A DNA stretch of 64,000 nucleotides from Centroscyllium fabricii (lineage: Eukaryota): assembly GCA_051313645.2 (NCBI GenBank), contig JBNRSN020000015.1:134292001-134356000 (forward strand). Direction: 5' to 3'. Positions 24,261-36,701 of the stretch are shown piece after piece. Position numbers and translations under genes: made by a program. The notes beneath the pieces are model-generated. The model was not told the DNA's origin, did no database searches, and worked only from the letters and a program-made list of their open reading frames with translations. Every line of letters starts with the position of its first letter. The first letter of the stretch is position 1.

Positions 24261-25589
24261 CCAGCGCCCGGCTCGTCTCAAGTGGAGATTTCCTTATGCC
24301 TGGAAACTGGCCCTCCTCCTCCTGCCCACCCTTTCCCCACCCCACCCCACCGTTAAAGAAACGCCGCCTTGTGAAATATGGCAGGAGCACTCAGTGATTA
24401 TTCTTTTGTGGCACCCCCCTCCCCAAAAGAACTTATAGTGCCCCCTTTAAGAAAAGCGCGGCCTCCTGTTATTTCCCTAATATGGCCATTTATCCTCAAG
24501 CAACATTGCAAGTAAAATGACTCCATAAAGTTTGGATCGTCCTGACTCAGATCGGTGTTGATGGCACAGAGGGCAGCGCAATGGGTTCACTCATCATTAT
24601 ATAAATGAATGAATATGCAAACATGCCCCAATGTCTATATCTGATAGATCATATAAAGGGGAACAGTTCATTCCGCAAAATTACCACACTGGCGATATTT
24701 TAACGGTCGTGCAGTGAATGCTGCAATTATTGTGTAAGAATGGCACACTTTAAACCAATTCTCCAATAGCCCGTTCTTTTTTCTCTGGGCACATTTGGTA
24801 TTTCTGAGGGTGTTTATTTTTTTTGCGGGGACAACTGTGCAACTGGGTAAAGAAAGTGATGTTCATCTGGTGTGAAGTATTAGACACCAGCCTTCATATA
24901 ACCATTATTCACGTAATTAGGTCGCACTGCCTGACATTAAGTGGGAAAACATTCGCTAGGGCTAATAATTGCTTTATATAAATTTATCATTCTCCTCGGG
25001 TCTGCGGCCCGTCCCTCCGTGATTTAGTCCGAAGTCACCAATAAAGTAAACATCGATCTATTGGTTCTTGGTTCTGTTTATTGAATGGGTTCAGTCAGGT
25101 AGAAAAATCAACTTTCTGCTTTTGACTGGATACCTTATTAACACGGTAACTAGCCTCGGCACAGCGAAAACAGATCGAAAGTGCAACCCCCTCCAACCGG
25201 CTCACCTGACCCTTCATCTTTTACCAATACACCGTTTCACACACAGTCTATGAACATGTATTAAATACTTATCAAGAGGAATAAAATCAAGCTTTACACT
25301 CCCCCCCCCCCCCCCACACCCCCGTCCAATGTAACGCGCTGCAACAGAGACTGGTGTTGGGATTTTTGTCTGTATTCTTCATAACATCAGGAACACTGGG
25401 AAAGCGAGCTGTGAGAACCGCTGCACTGTTGTCACCCCGTATCTTCACTGCATTTCAAGTTATGCATCTGGGTCTTATTAATTGTTAAAGCACATCTGAG
25501 ATCATTCAGTTTGAATTATAAAAGCATAGGCACGCGTGCACATATATGTCTGTATGTGCCCTGTACGCGTGTCCTGTGAATGTGTCTGC

Positions 25590-25965
25590 ACATACATACA
25601 CACAGAGACATATATATCTATATACTCATATATCTACACACAACCATACACACATGCACACACACACACATATCTATATACTCATATATATATATACAGT
25701 CATACATGCACACATATATATCTATATACTCATATATATATATACACAGTCATACACGCACACATATATATCTATATATTCATATATATATACACACAGT
25801 CATACACACACATATATATACATACACACATATGTACACACACATATATTTATAGATATACACACATATATGCATACACTCATATATTCATACAGACACA
25901 TATATATGCTTACACTCATATATACTTATATATACTCATATATATACACACACACATATATATAA
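25590..25965. repeat. Compound (TA)/(CA) microsatellite
   Basis: Alternating purine-pyrimidine low-complexity tract. Confidence 0.95.
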
Positions 25966-27481
25966 ATCAATATGTGTGTGGATCTATTGATAACTGTGTT
26001 CTAATAGGTACATTTGCACATTTTAACGATTGTAGTCAGACTGTACATTTCAGCTATCACTTCCCGTGCAGTTCCAGTACAGTGTTACTGATTTTCAGAC
26101 AGACCATTATTTACACACATTTTGCAGAGTAAATAATTTATTAGGATCTGCCCTCTCACCGCCCGTTCTCAGCCACGGTTTACCGTTTATAACTAAACAT
26201 TCCAGGGAAACGATCTTCACGCGTGTACCGCTTTGCACAGTCCTGATTCGGCAACTGCGTGTTCCCAGCGAGTTTCAGTATCGCTGTGAAAGTTGCATTG
26301 AGGGACTGGGGAACAAAACTGAGCCATTTGGGCATGTTACAGTCAAAAGACGCTCGACCCCTGATCTTTTTAATATAATCTCTCATTCATAGAGGATCTA
26401 TGCAACCGGTTACAATGTTTTTTTTAAATAATAACGGGATAATATTCATTATTCCAAATGCAGGTGTAAGGAGAATCTTTGCTCCGCGTTGCTCCACGTT
26501 TTTATTGAAGGTAGGACCATTTATCAAGTTTTGATTTTTTTTTTACCTCGGTGCAAATGAAGCAATGAGTGTTTTGAAATAAATGTGTGTGTTTGCAATG
26601 TTAGGAAGGAAACTGAAGCAAGCGGTGTTTGCTCCCGCCGTGGATTTGATGGAACAATATGTTGGCAAGTATGGCAGGAAGTGAGTGGATAAGGTTTGAA
26701 CAGGTTTTTTTTTAGCTGTCAGGAAAAGGTGTCTCGCTAATGATCCAACCCGTTGCTATTAGAGGGGGGGGTACTGTGAAACCGTGCAACCGGCCAGGGT
26801 GCTCGAAGGCAGCGCTGGCAACGCCGCGGCCGCTCCTTCTCCGTCTCTCAGCAAAGGCGAGCGCCGCTGAAACCCCGCCAGGTGTTGCCTTGCCCTCTCT
26901 CCAACAGCTCAACTCCAAAAGGAGCTCACCCGTGAAGCAATCTGTGCCGCCAGACCCGTCGCCAGAACGCAAGCTTGTTTCCACGGCCTGCACCATGAGC
27001 ATTTGATCAGTTGATTTTTTGGAGGGGGAGGGGGGTGGGGAGGTTAGGTTAACAGTGGCTAGGTGTCAGAGGGAGCGGATACGAACTGCTCGTTGATGTG
27101 GCGGTCCCAAACATAGGCTGTCTCATCTTGTTTTTTTTTTGTTTGCTGTTGCGTGTGTCAAAAGTCAGGCACTGAGGGTTGCATTTGCAAAGAAAGCATT
27201 TGATCCAACATGGGGGCAATTTTTTATTTCAGATGACACAGTTGTGCACCTATCCACAGCTCTAACTGCCTCAGATACTATCAGTCATTTTATCCAAACG
27301 GATGAATTGCAACTGTGCAATTTACAGCGTCAATTCTGTCGTTACTTTATATATTAAAAAATGAGTTACCTCAAATAACCACACGATTTTTTTTTGGCCG
27401 CTGTTGATTATTTTAATAAGTTCGTATATTGAATCATAAAATAATACCTTAAGGCGAGCTTTTGTCTTCCGGAATTAAATA

Positions 27482-27707
27482 TAATGTGGAGGTGCCGGTG
27501 TTGGACTGGGGTGGACAAATGCAAAAAGTCACACAACACCAGGTTTATAGTCCAACGTTTTATTTTAAATCACAAGCTTTCGGAGCGCTGCTCCTTCCTC
27601 AGGTGACAGAAGAGACTGATTTAAAGATCACACATATCGGAGGAAGGGAGAAATCCGACCTCTTCCCCTAGAGCACACAAGCATATTAGCATACCTTATA
27701 CCTTATA
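27482..27707 (-). mobile_element. Penelope-derived insertion with hammerhead motif
   Basis: Same family as 1356-1535; TSD CGGAATTAAATA at 27470-27481 and 27708-27719. Confidence 0.8.
27571..27605 (-). ncRNA. Minimal type I hammerhead ribozyme motif
   Basis: CAC-CUGAGGA-AGGAGC-AGC-GCUCC-GAAA-GC-U-U-GUG. Confidence 0.6.
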
Positions 27708-28327
27708 CGGAATTAAATAAACAGTGATATTCTGGCATATCTTGCCCCTAAAGGGTGCAATTCTTGTACCTCGCTTTATGGTGGCACTGAAAGATGCCCA
27801 GTCAGGAAGGACCCCATTGTACATTTGCCAGTCCCCAGTGGGTGCACTGAACAGTGTGCTATGTCGGGTGGAAATTGATTGTCTTTAGTTGAGGGGAATT
27901 TACATGGCAGCATCAAAGCTGTATCACAAGTGTGGAGTATCTGAGGCACAATTAGGTGTCATTGAATCTGCAGGAATTAGCATTTCCGAATCGCCTGTTC
28001 GTTTATATACTGCCGATTTTGAGCAGGTTGATATAAATGAATAGAAGACATTCAGGACATGTGCAATACCGCAGCAAACAGGCAACGAGTTTAAGATGTT
28101 CTCTTGATGTTCTGAAGTGGCTTTATCTGATGTCACTTCACTGAAAAGAATACCAGTTGGTTGTTCGATTTGCTTTTTGCGCGGGGTGCCTGGATTGCTC
28201 TTTTGAAGCGCATTTTTTAAATGACCCGGTGCGTTTTTGAAGTCGGCTTTGGTCTTCAGTTGGCAATGACGAAAGAAAATCGCGTCTCCACCGAATGCAC
28301 TGAAATGCCTCCACTTTCTGTTTAAAA

Positions 28328-28450
28328 TGTTCAGAAGTCACACAACACCAGGTTAGAGTCCAGCCGTTTTATTTTTGTTGGACTACATAACCTGGTGTTG
28401 TGTGACTTCTTACATTGGTCCACCCCAGTCCAACACCGGCACCTCCACAT
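28328..28450 (+). mobile_element. Penelope-derived short palindromic insertion (older)
   Basis: AGAAGTCACACAACACCAGGTT...AACCTGGTGTTGTGTGACTTCT plus tail; imperfect TTCTG-TTTAAA flanking duplication. Confidence 0.75.
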
Positions 28451-30789
28451 TCTGCTTTAAAGGTCGAGAGTGGCAAAATATCTCCAATAATGCCGTCTGA
28501 TTTCTGCAGGATCTGGAACTCTTTATGTGACTTTAAGAAAAGGAAAATCTAGATTTGCAAGGTGCTCGATATGATGTCATCTGAATGTGACTAGGTACAC
28601 GCGTTGTGCATTCGGGCTAACCCCCCCCCCCCCCCACCCCAAAAAAAAGAAGAGCCTGTCTCTTTAATTATGGCATTCTTAACATGAATTGCAGGATTCT
28701 CCACAGAAATTTAAATAATTAACCTGCCTTGTTCACGCAGTTTCAGTAACATCGCGAACCTGGACCCGCGCGTACTAAATCTCACTGCAAAATAAAAAGA
28801 GGAAAGATTGATAATCCCGTGCGAGGGGGTTGGACACAAGTACAGAAGGACCCCCCCCCCCCAAAAAAATCCAATTTTCCGGGACTGATTAGAAAAAGTG
28901 GAATTGTACGAGATGGGTAGCAACGAAATGTGGAACCGAATCGTGGACAGGTGAGGTAAAGTAGACTAGACCCATTTAAAGAATCGCACCTTGACGCAGG
29001 CAACGTCAATGCACAACTAAATGAAAGGGCCGTTTTATAGTCTTCAGACAATAATTAACTCTATCAGCACAGTAATCCGCATGTCCCTCTCCCTCCCCCT
29101 CCCCCGCCCCCCACAACCACCCCTCCCCTGTCGCTGAATTTGACTGGACTCTTTCGCCCTGAAACCCCTCTAGTTACACACAGCAAGTCATGGCCCCCAA
29201 ACTGATATTGTGTAAGAGTGATACTAAATCGAAGTCGACCCGAGCAACAGCAATAAGCTCACGAGTAGATCTTACTAATGCCCGGTGGAGCCAACAACCC
29301 TGGACCTCCCTCAATCTAGCTGCAAAAGAAACCGAGGCGATCTTTATACAAGTTTATTATTTTATTTTTAAATCTGCCGACTGGTTTTGTTTTGAGTCCC
29401 CCCGGCATGCAAACAATTGCTGTTTGTTTCAGGGGCTGGGGGTCCCTCTGCTTGGGTTTAGCATGCCCGGGGATGAAATCCACGGTGGGTATGTCAAAGA
29501 GAGGAGGGTGGAAGCTTTGGGAATCGAACCTGCAGAAGGCAACAGTGAGGATCGGGACATTTTCCCTCCCACCTCGCTTCTTTGCTTTAGCGGAAGCAGC
29601 AACGCCAACGAAAAAAATAAAACGCGGACAATCGAATGAAAGAGTCCTAAAGTGACACCGGCCCTCCAATCGGTGCGAGTTGTGGCTGCTGGGGTCAGTT
29701 CGGACGGTGGGACATGTTTTACAGTCAGGGGTTGATCGGCATTCGCTGTCAACCGCATTGCAATTGGGCGGATTCCAATCTAATTTGATCAATTGCTTTT
29801 GCATTGAACCGGTCATTTGCAAATATTTTCTTTTCTGCATGTTAGAATGTGTTCCCCTAACTTCACCCGTGTCTTTGAGGCAGTTACTATCAGCAACAAT
29901 CAGGGAACTGGCCAACATTAGTTGGTTTAATATCAGCTGCCCGCTTGTGATTTCAGGGGATTCATGTCACTTTCACCTGATATGCGGTGCATGAAAGGAT
30001 CGGGGTGGGGGTGCGGGGGTGGGGGGCTCGTGTTAAAAACGGGTGTCCAGTTACAAAATACTGCGCCCAATTATCATGTACATTCCCCACCTCTTTGCCT
30101 GGCAAGGGCTATTTAATATAATTCGTTTTAAGTTGGGAAATCGAGGCCAGTTCTAAAGTGAAATTAAAATTTGTATTATGAGCCCCTGTTATTTTAACAT
30201 ATAACAAACGGCGGGCTTTAAAAAAACTGCATTGGATGTTGGCGCCCGTTAATCGAGTGCATTGTCCTGGCGGGTTATTTGTGAGCAGGCGAAAAATTCG
30301 CGCCACTTGGGGAAATTCAAGTTTGGCTCTGAAGAGGAGGGCTCCGATATCCCAGTGTTCTTGCTGCCAGTGTGGCTGTGAGTCTCATATCGTTCTGCAC
30401 GAGCTGTTGCATTATTATATGATTCCCTTCAGTAACCAGACACTGACAAGCAATTGCAAATGACTGACAGCTGCCAATCCAAATGACAAGTGATTTCTCA
30501 AACAAACATCGACTCGCCAGATAATAACCTTTCTGATCGAGCGCTTGAGGTTCAGGTGCTCTTCTGCATTTATTTTCGTGTTTAAATATCCACCTAGGTT
30601 CACACACACACATGTGTAAAAATCACATGAATACTATCTGGCTGACTATTGCAATTCCCATTTTCTCTTTATATATGCGATTTGTGTTGCTCGGAGGCGC
30701 TTTTAAAGTGTCTACAAACTTCGTGGCTGTTCTGTGCTCTTAGTTACTTGCCTGCACATTTTTTAATAAGCCTGGCTACAGTCTTTGAT

Positions 30790-31100
30790 TGTTTTTCCTC
30801 TCTCCCCGTGCCGGGGTTTTTTTTTTGGGCTGAAGCATTAGCCCTATTCCCCGGGGCTGATTGAATGCAACTTGCTGTATGTGGACAGGCACGTCCTGTA
30901 TGTTATAGACTCACTGCTTCCCGGCGTGACAAGGGCTGAGTTCGATCTACAATTGGAGCTGAAAGCGCAGTGAGCCGAGACACAGCCTCCATCATTAAAG
31001 CCTCCCTCTCCTTTAGGAAATAACAAGATGATTCATTTACACATAAACACTCATAAATATTCCATTAACGACCAAAGAACACCTGTTTAATGAAAGGCGC
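30790..31100 (-). promoter_or_regulatory. Pax6 ectodermal (lens/cornea) enhancer EE
   Basis: TTAATGATG...CAATTGTAGATCGAA...CTTGTCA (Meis-type site)...AGGACGTGCCTGTC...TTGCATTCAATCA match the recalled mouse EE; lies upstream of P0. Confidence 0.82.
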
Positions 31101-31184
31101 GGCGGCGCTCTCTCTGTTCCCTCAGATCCGAAATTATTGCCCCCTCCCCACTCCCACCCCCCTCCCCAAAAACTCAAATATGAT

Positions 31185-31420
31185 CATGTTTAACTTTTAC
31201 CATAAATCGGGAATAACAAGTGAGCTGTAACAAGGGGATTTGCACTTACTCCTTGACCCTTGTAATTGGATTAAATATAGACGGAGACACACAAAAAATA
31301 TACCAAGATTGACACCTGCCAACTGGACTTCCTTGTGATTGATTATGATGCATGGTGCTGGAAACAATAATGAAATAAACTGTATGGATAACACAGCACA
31401 TTTGTCATTTCCCTGCCAAG
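31185..31420 (-). promoter_or_regulatory. Pax6 pancreatic enhancer (P element)
   Basis: ATCAATCACAAGGAAGTCCAGTTGGCAGGTGTCAATCTTGG...TATATTTAATCCAATTA...GGAGTAAGTGCAAATCCCCTTGTTACA matches the recalled mammalian element; Pbx/Prep-type ATCAATCA. Confidence 0.82.
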
Positions 31421-32434
31421 AGAGAGACAGAGAGAGAGGGAGTTAGCCTGTTTGGCAAGCTGCTAGTTGACAAGACACCAACTAAACGCAAACATTGCAA
31501 GCAGGTCGTTCAGAACCTGACCCACAATCAACGATCCATCCAGGTTATACATTAAGGGGAAAATGCCCTCGCATGTTTGACAATAGCACTTAATTCGCCA
31601 GCTTCCTAAACTTACCGTTCTGCCCCAGCTCCCCCGATGCAGTCAGTACCCGCCGACACCGGTAAAGCGAAGGGTTCCTGTGAGTGTGCGAATCGGATCA
31701 GGGCTCCTTCCAGCGGCTCTGTATCAATTCTCCTCGTGTTCTGTGCACCTGTCCGATATTTCCACCCGTCCACCGCCGGTTACCGGACCAAGGCTTGTGC
31801 ACAATACCACACTGCAGGGCTCTCAACAGCACGTCAAACTACACATGTGGGTAACTTTAGTTGTAACTGTTGGACGAATCCGTTTTATTCCGCACCTCTG
31901 CCCCGACATGCACCTAAAACGTCCCCTAAAGATCACAGGGGCCATTCACACCCACTGCCCGCGCCTTTAACAATCTCCCTTTTTAACCTGCTCTTCGCTT
32001 ATACAGTCGTTGCAATGTCGTCGTGATCAAAATAACGCCAGGAATTATTGGCGTGTTTCCCTATCCGTGTGTACACTTTACAAACGCCTGCCGCTGGGGT
32101 TAATATATTGGCCTGAGAGAGGAAGGTGCTGATGGTAAAGTAATGCGCAATTACACCACGCAGATTACTGTGATAACTATGCCAAGCAATACCGCATTTT
32201 TAACCAGCCAATAAGGTCAGTATTAGTGCCTTATCTTCAGATCACCTGGAGAGCAACCAGGTGTTAGCCCCCCCCCACCCCACCCCACCAAAAAAAAGAC
32301 CCGATTTACTAGATTCAACTTCCTAACTCGATATGGTGAGATTTGAACTCACAACCTTTGAGGTTACTCGTACCAGCAGCGTAACCACCACCTTACTGCG
32401 CCTATAACAGTTAGGAATGCGCCGTTACTGATCA

Positions 32435-33215
32435 GCAACAACCACGTGCATTTATGTAGCGCCTTTAAGAATTAAAACGTCCCAAGGCACATCACAGGGC
32501 GGCACGGTGGCATAGTGGTCAGCACTGTTGTCTCACAGCACCAGAGACCCGGGTTCAAATCCAGCCTCGGGTACTATCTGTGTGGAGTTTGCACATTCTC
32601 CCCGTGACTGCGTGGGTTTCCTCCGGGTGCTCCGGTTTCCTCCCACAGTTCAAAGATGTGCGGGTTAGGTTGATTGGCCAGGATAAACTGACCCTTAGTG
32701 TTAGGGGGATTGAATATGTGGGGTTACGGGGATAGGGTGGGATGTGTGTCAGTGCAGGATCGATGGGGATCGAGGGATATGGGGGGAAGGCAGGGACGGG
32801 GTGCTGGGTTTGGATGATCAGCCATGATCTCATTGAATGGAGGAGCAGCCTCGAAGGGCCGAATGGCCTACTCCTGCTCCTAGTTTCTATGTTTCTATGT
32901 TTCTAGGAGTGTTATAAGGCAACAATTCTTGACGCCGAGCCAAAAAAGGAGGAATTAGGGCCGTGGCCAAAATTTTGGTCAAAGAGGTTGGTTTTAAGGA
33001 GCGTCTTAAAGTAGGAAAGAGAGGGGGAGAGGTTTAGGGAGGGGATTCTAGAGCTGGGGCCCAGGCTGCTGAAGGCACGGCCGCCAATGGTGGATCGATT
33101 ATAATCAGGGAACACAGATATCTCAGGGGGTTGTGAGGCTGGAGAAGATTACAGAGATAGGGAGGGGCGTGGCCATGGAGGGATTTGGAAATGAGAAATT
33201 TGAAATCGAATGAAG
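32435..33215 (-). mobile_element. L2-like LINE 3' end interrupted by an HE1 SINE
   Basis: Remnant PDYNRSTIGGRAFSSLGP; tail GGCGCTACATAAATGCACG. Confidence 0.7.
32497..32904 (+). mobile_element. HE1/V-SINE
   Basis: Near-identical to 2121-2512. Confidence 0.9.
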
Positions 33216-33878
33216 CATTAGGCAACCTGGAGACCAAACACACCAATGTACCATTGATCTCAGGGTAACTTCAAGGCTGTGTTGGGCTTCAATGCAAGAA
33301 AGCCTCAGGTTGAGCTGATGTCCCTGGTTCAATTCAATTCAATTCAAGTTTTATTGTCATTGCAGAGTACTAGTACAATACAACGTGTTGGTGTGTTGTA
33401 GATGTCTAATAGTACATGCTCAACAATCTAAAGAGCCCCGTCCTCAAGAGCACCCTGTCATTTTCTTTAGATTAAACCGAATGCAACTTATGATAGTTGG
33501 ACTTAAGAAAAGTTTTAATATATTTTTGAATGATGTTTTTACTCGGGGTTAGTGAGATGCACCAAACGTCATTCCGATGCACAGTTGGGTACAGGTATGG
33601 TTTTTCCTGCTCTTATACATGAACAGCGAGGGCTGGAGTACAGACAGGACCTCACTGTAACTGTGAACATCCAAGCAAGAAAACAAAATCAATAAAATAA
33701 ATTCAGTTTGTTCCGCGGGCATAACATTCCAGATTGACTACTTGGAAATCGTTTCGTGGTCACAACTATATCACTGGTGAAGATTTGCAGTGGAATGCTG
33801 GAAAACGCAATGCCTCCATATTATAATTGTAAGAAGTCACACAACACCAGGTTATAGTCCAACAGTTTTATTTGAAAT

Positions 33879-33913
33879 CACAAGCTTTCGGAGCGTAGCT
33901 CCTTCGTCAGGTG
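33879..33913 (-). ncRNA. Minimal hammerhead ribozyme motif
   Basis: CAC-CUGACGA-AGGAGC-UAC-GCUCC-GAAA-GC-U-U-GUG. Confidence 0.62.
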
Positions 33914-34040
33914 GAGTGAAGAGATTCATTTAAACACAGCATAGATAGAGAGGGAGAGAACAATGTGGTCTCTCCAACTGAGAATACATTGTTCTCTCTC
34001 CCTCTCTATATATATGCTGTGTTTAAATGAATCTCCACTC

Positions 34041-34075
34041 CACCTGATGAAGGAGCTACGCTCCGAAAGCTTGTG
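34041..34075 (+). ncRNA. Minimal hammerhead ribozyme motif
   Basis: CAC-CUGAUGA-AGGAGC-UAC-GCUCC-GAAA-GC-U-U-GUG; palindromic AAGCUU at stem III. Confidence 0.65.
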
Positions 34076-34479
34076 ATTTCAAATAAAACTGTTGGACTAT
34101 TACCTGGTGTTGTGTGACTTCTTACAATTGTCCACCCCAGTCCAACACGGCACCTCCACATCATCCATATTATAAGGGCACAGAATCACAGGAGAAATGG
34201 CATTTATTTTTTTAACACGAATGATACCAGATCTGAGAGGGCAGAACTATCAGGAAAGACTGAACAGGCGAGGGCTCTTTTCTCTAGAAGAGAGATCATA
34301 ATCTTCGAAATTGTGTGACTTCTTACATAATCTTAGAAGTTGGATTTGATTGTCGACCTTATCAACCAGGCATTGAATTGGAGCTTTTTTACACACTCTC
34401 CTGTGTGTATGCCTACAATGTTTTAAAACGTTAGATGTATATTTTGAGTTGCTGGTTGTGATGGAGGTAAGTTGCACTG

Positions 34480-34960
34480 CCTGAATTAAATGTATACAGA
34501 ACCCTGCTAAGATCACACTTGGAGTACTGGGCACAGTCCTTGTCTCCGTATTACATAAAGGACATAGAGGCACTGGAGAAGGTGCAAACAGGATAAACAA
34601 AGATGATACCAGAACTGAGAGGATGTAACTAGCAGGAAACATCGAGCAGGCTAGGGCTCTTTTTCTTAGAAAGAAGACAGAGGGGTGACCTGATAGAGTC
34701 TTTAAAATGATGAAGGGGTTTCAACAGGGTCGAAGTAGAGAAGATGTCTCCACTTGTTGGGGAGATCAGAACTAGGGGACATAATTACAAGAGAGTGGCT
34801 AATAAACCCAATAAGGAATTCAGGAGAAACTTCTTTGCTCAGAGAGTGGCGGCAATGGGGAACTCGCTATCACAGGGAGTGGTTGAGGCGAATAGCATCG
34901 ATTCATTTAAGGGGAGGTTGGATAAACACACGAGGGAGGAAGGGATAAAGGATATCTCAT
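34480..34960 (+). mobile_element. Degenerate CR1-type LINE 3' fragment
   Basis: RTRGHNYK...EFRRNFFAQRV...NSLSQGVVEANSIDSFKGRLD. Confidence 0.8.
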
Positions 34961-34984
34961 GGTGTAAGATGACGAACATAGAGT

Positions 34985-35108
34985 CTCGATAAAGGGTCCC
35001 GACCCGAAACGTTGACGCCTGTTTCTCTCTGCGCGGATGTTGCCTGAACTGTTGAGTTTTTCCAGCGTTTTCTGTTGTTATTTCAGATTTCCAGCCTCTG
35101 CAGTATTT
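34985..35108 (+). mobile_element. Penelope-derived fragment (family 2), decayed hammerhead
   Basis: GATAAAGGGTCCCGACCCGAAACGTTGAC...TTTCAGATTTCCAGC. Confidence 0.6.
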
Positions 35109-36701
35109 AGTCATCAACATAGAATGGCCGGAGGCTGAGGTGCATCGACACCGGCACCAGCCAGTTGGGCCGAATGGCCGGTTTCTGTGCTGTGCGTTCT
35201 CTGTCATTCTATGTAACTTGCTCACAGGGAGGCTTGGAGCACCAATGAACTGACTCGGGAATGTTAGAACGGATAAAATATGCTTACATCAGAATTTCAC
35301 ACAATTCAGGCTCGATGTCAATTTCGTTACTAAATGAAAGTTTATATTTGAAGTTGTGATTTCAAATCTCTATATTGTGACCTGAGACATAAAAAGTCAG
35401 GGGAGGTGATAAATCTGAAAAGATAAGTCTGAAAAGATACAGCATTCATTTCATAATAATCCATAGAAGTGGTTACAATGCAGAAAGTAAACAGGGAAGA
35501 TAAAGACCCGAATCAAAGACACACTGTAGCAAGAAGTGGATTGTAGAGACTAACTCCAGGTTTGTAGCATTTCAAATGGTCGAAGCCAAATATACTGGAA
35601 TCGCCGATTAGAAATCACCCAGCCGGTCATTGTTACTGATGGAAATGAACTCACTTCTGACTTGCGATGTTTTCGTTATCCTTGTATGAAGCAAGCCACA
35701 ATAGCTCGAGAATGTCGTAACACTAAAACGGAATCAATCCACTGACAGTTGTTCACCTTTCTAACCCTTGGCTACAACGAGAAAAGAAACACTCCGGTAT
35801 GCAGCAATAATAACTTATTAATTATTTTTTCCAATGACCCCGGAGATATTTTAGGTGTTCCCAGCGTCATTAGAAAGTGAGGCACACCAGTTAGAGAGTG
35901 GATGATTTCACCATTGGAGTTAATATTGTAATCCAACTGTAAATTAAACCCAGGAATTATGGGGTCACTTTCTGCGCTAGGTTTAATGTGTTGGCGTTAT
36001 TTTAAAAAAAACTGGCCAATGATGAACCAAGTGCAGTAGAATCGAAGATAAGTCTATTGCCCAGTTTATTGGACTTCTTTGGAGATATGTCAACAAGGAG
36101 AGACCATCGTTGAGCTACAGTGCCCAGAATGACAACCTGGCCAGCGATAATTGTGCTTAAATATATTTTCCTGTTTAGTCAGTTAATTCGCCTCCATTTG
36201 AGAAACCTCTTTAAGTGGGTTTATGCCGGGGTAATAGAACTAAACACCATTGCCCTCCTCCTCACACAGCTGTCTGCTGCCGAGCGCACAGCAAGAGACA
36301 CAGAAGTAAGTGGCTCTAGTCCAATAGCATTTTATATATTCAGTGTAATAATAGATGGCTATCAGGCAAGTACAAGACAGTTACACAATGTCACCCTGAA
36401 CCTGGTATATAAATGTAGCTGCCTTTTGTTTCCCTCCTTGACATTTGTCATTTCATAAAATAGGCACAATACTGGGGACGGCTTGACAGTCAACGAATGC
36501 CTCCCTGCTAAAGGATTTCTCCACAGGCCTTTACATCATCGCGCGTTTAAATTCTAGATTATGAGATTGGCGATGTGTCATCACACATTGAACAATAGGC
36601 AGGGGGACTTAACGAAACAATAAAAAGGCCAGTCGGTTTATGAATCATATATGACTGTGTTGTGTACTTTTAATTCTCTCCTACACCTCCTGACATCTCC
36701 A

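Larger units (their letters stand above)
33827..34163 (+). mobile_element. Penelope-derived palindromic insertion with two inverted hammerhead motifs
   Basis: ~140-bp inverted arms (33825-33966/33986-34129) plus tail; TSD TCCATATTATAA at 33815-33826 and 34164-34175. Confidence 0.85.

Noticed and set aside
25536-26132. 198-aa His/Tyr/Ile/Thr-rich ORF
   Set aside because: Translation of a (TA)/(CA) microsatellite
29190-29918. 149-aa and 200-aa ORFs upstream of P0
   Set aside because: No recognisable domain or splice context; overlapping on both strands, consistent with chance
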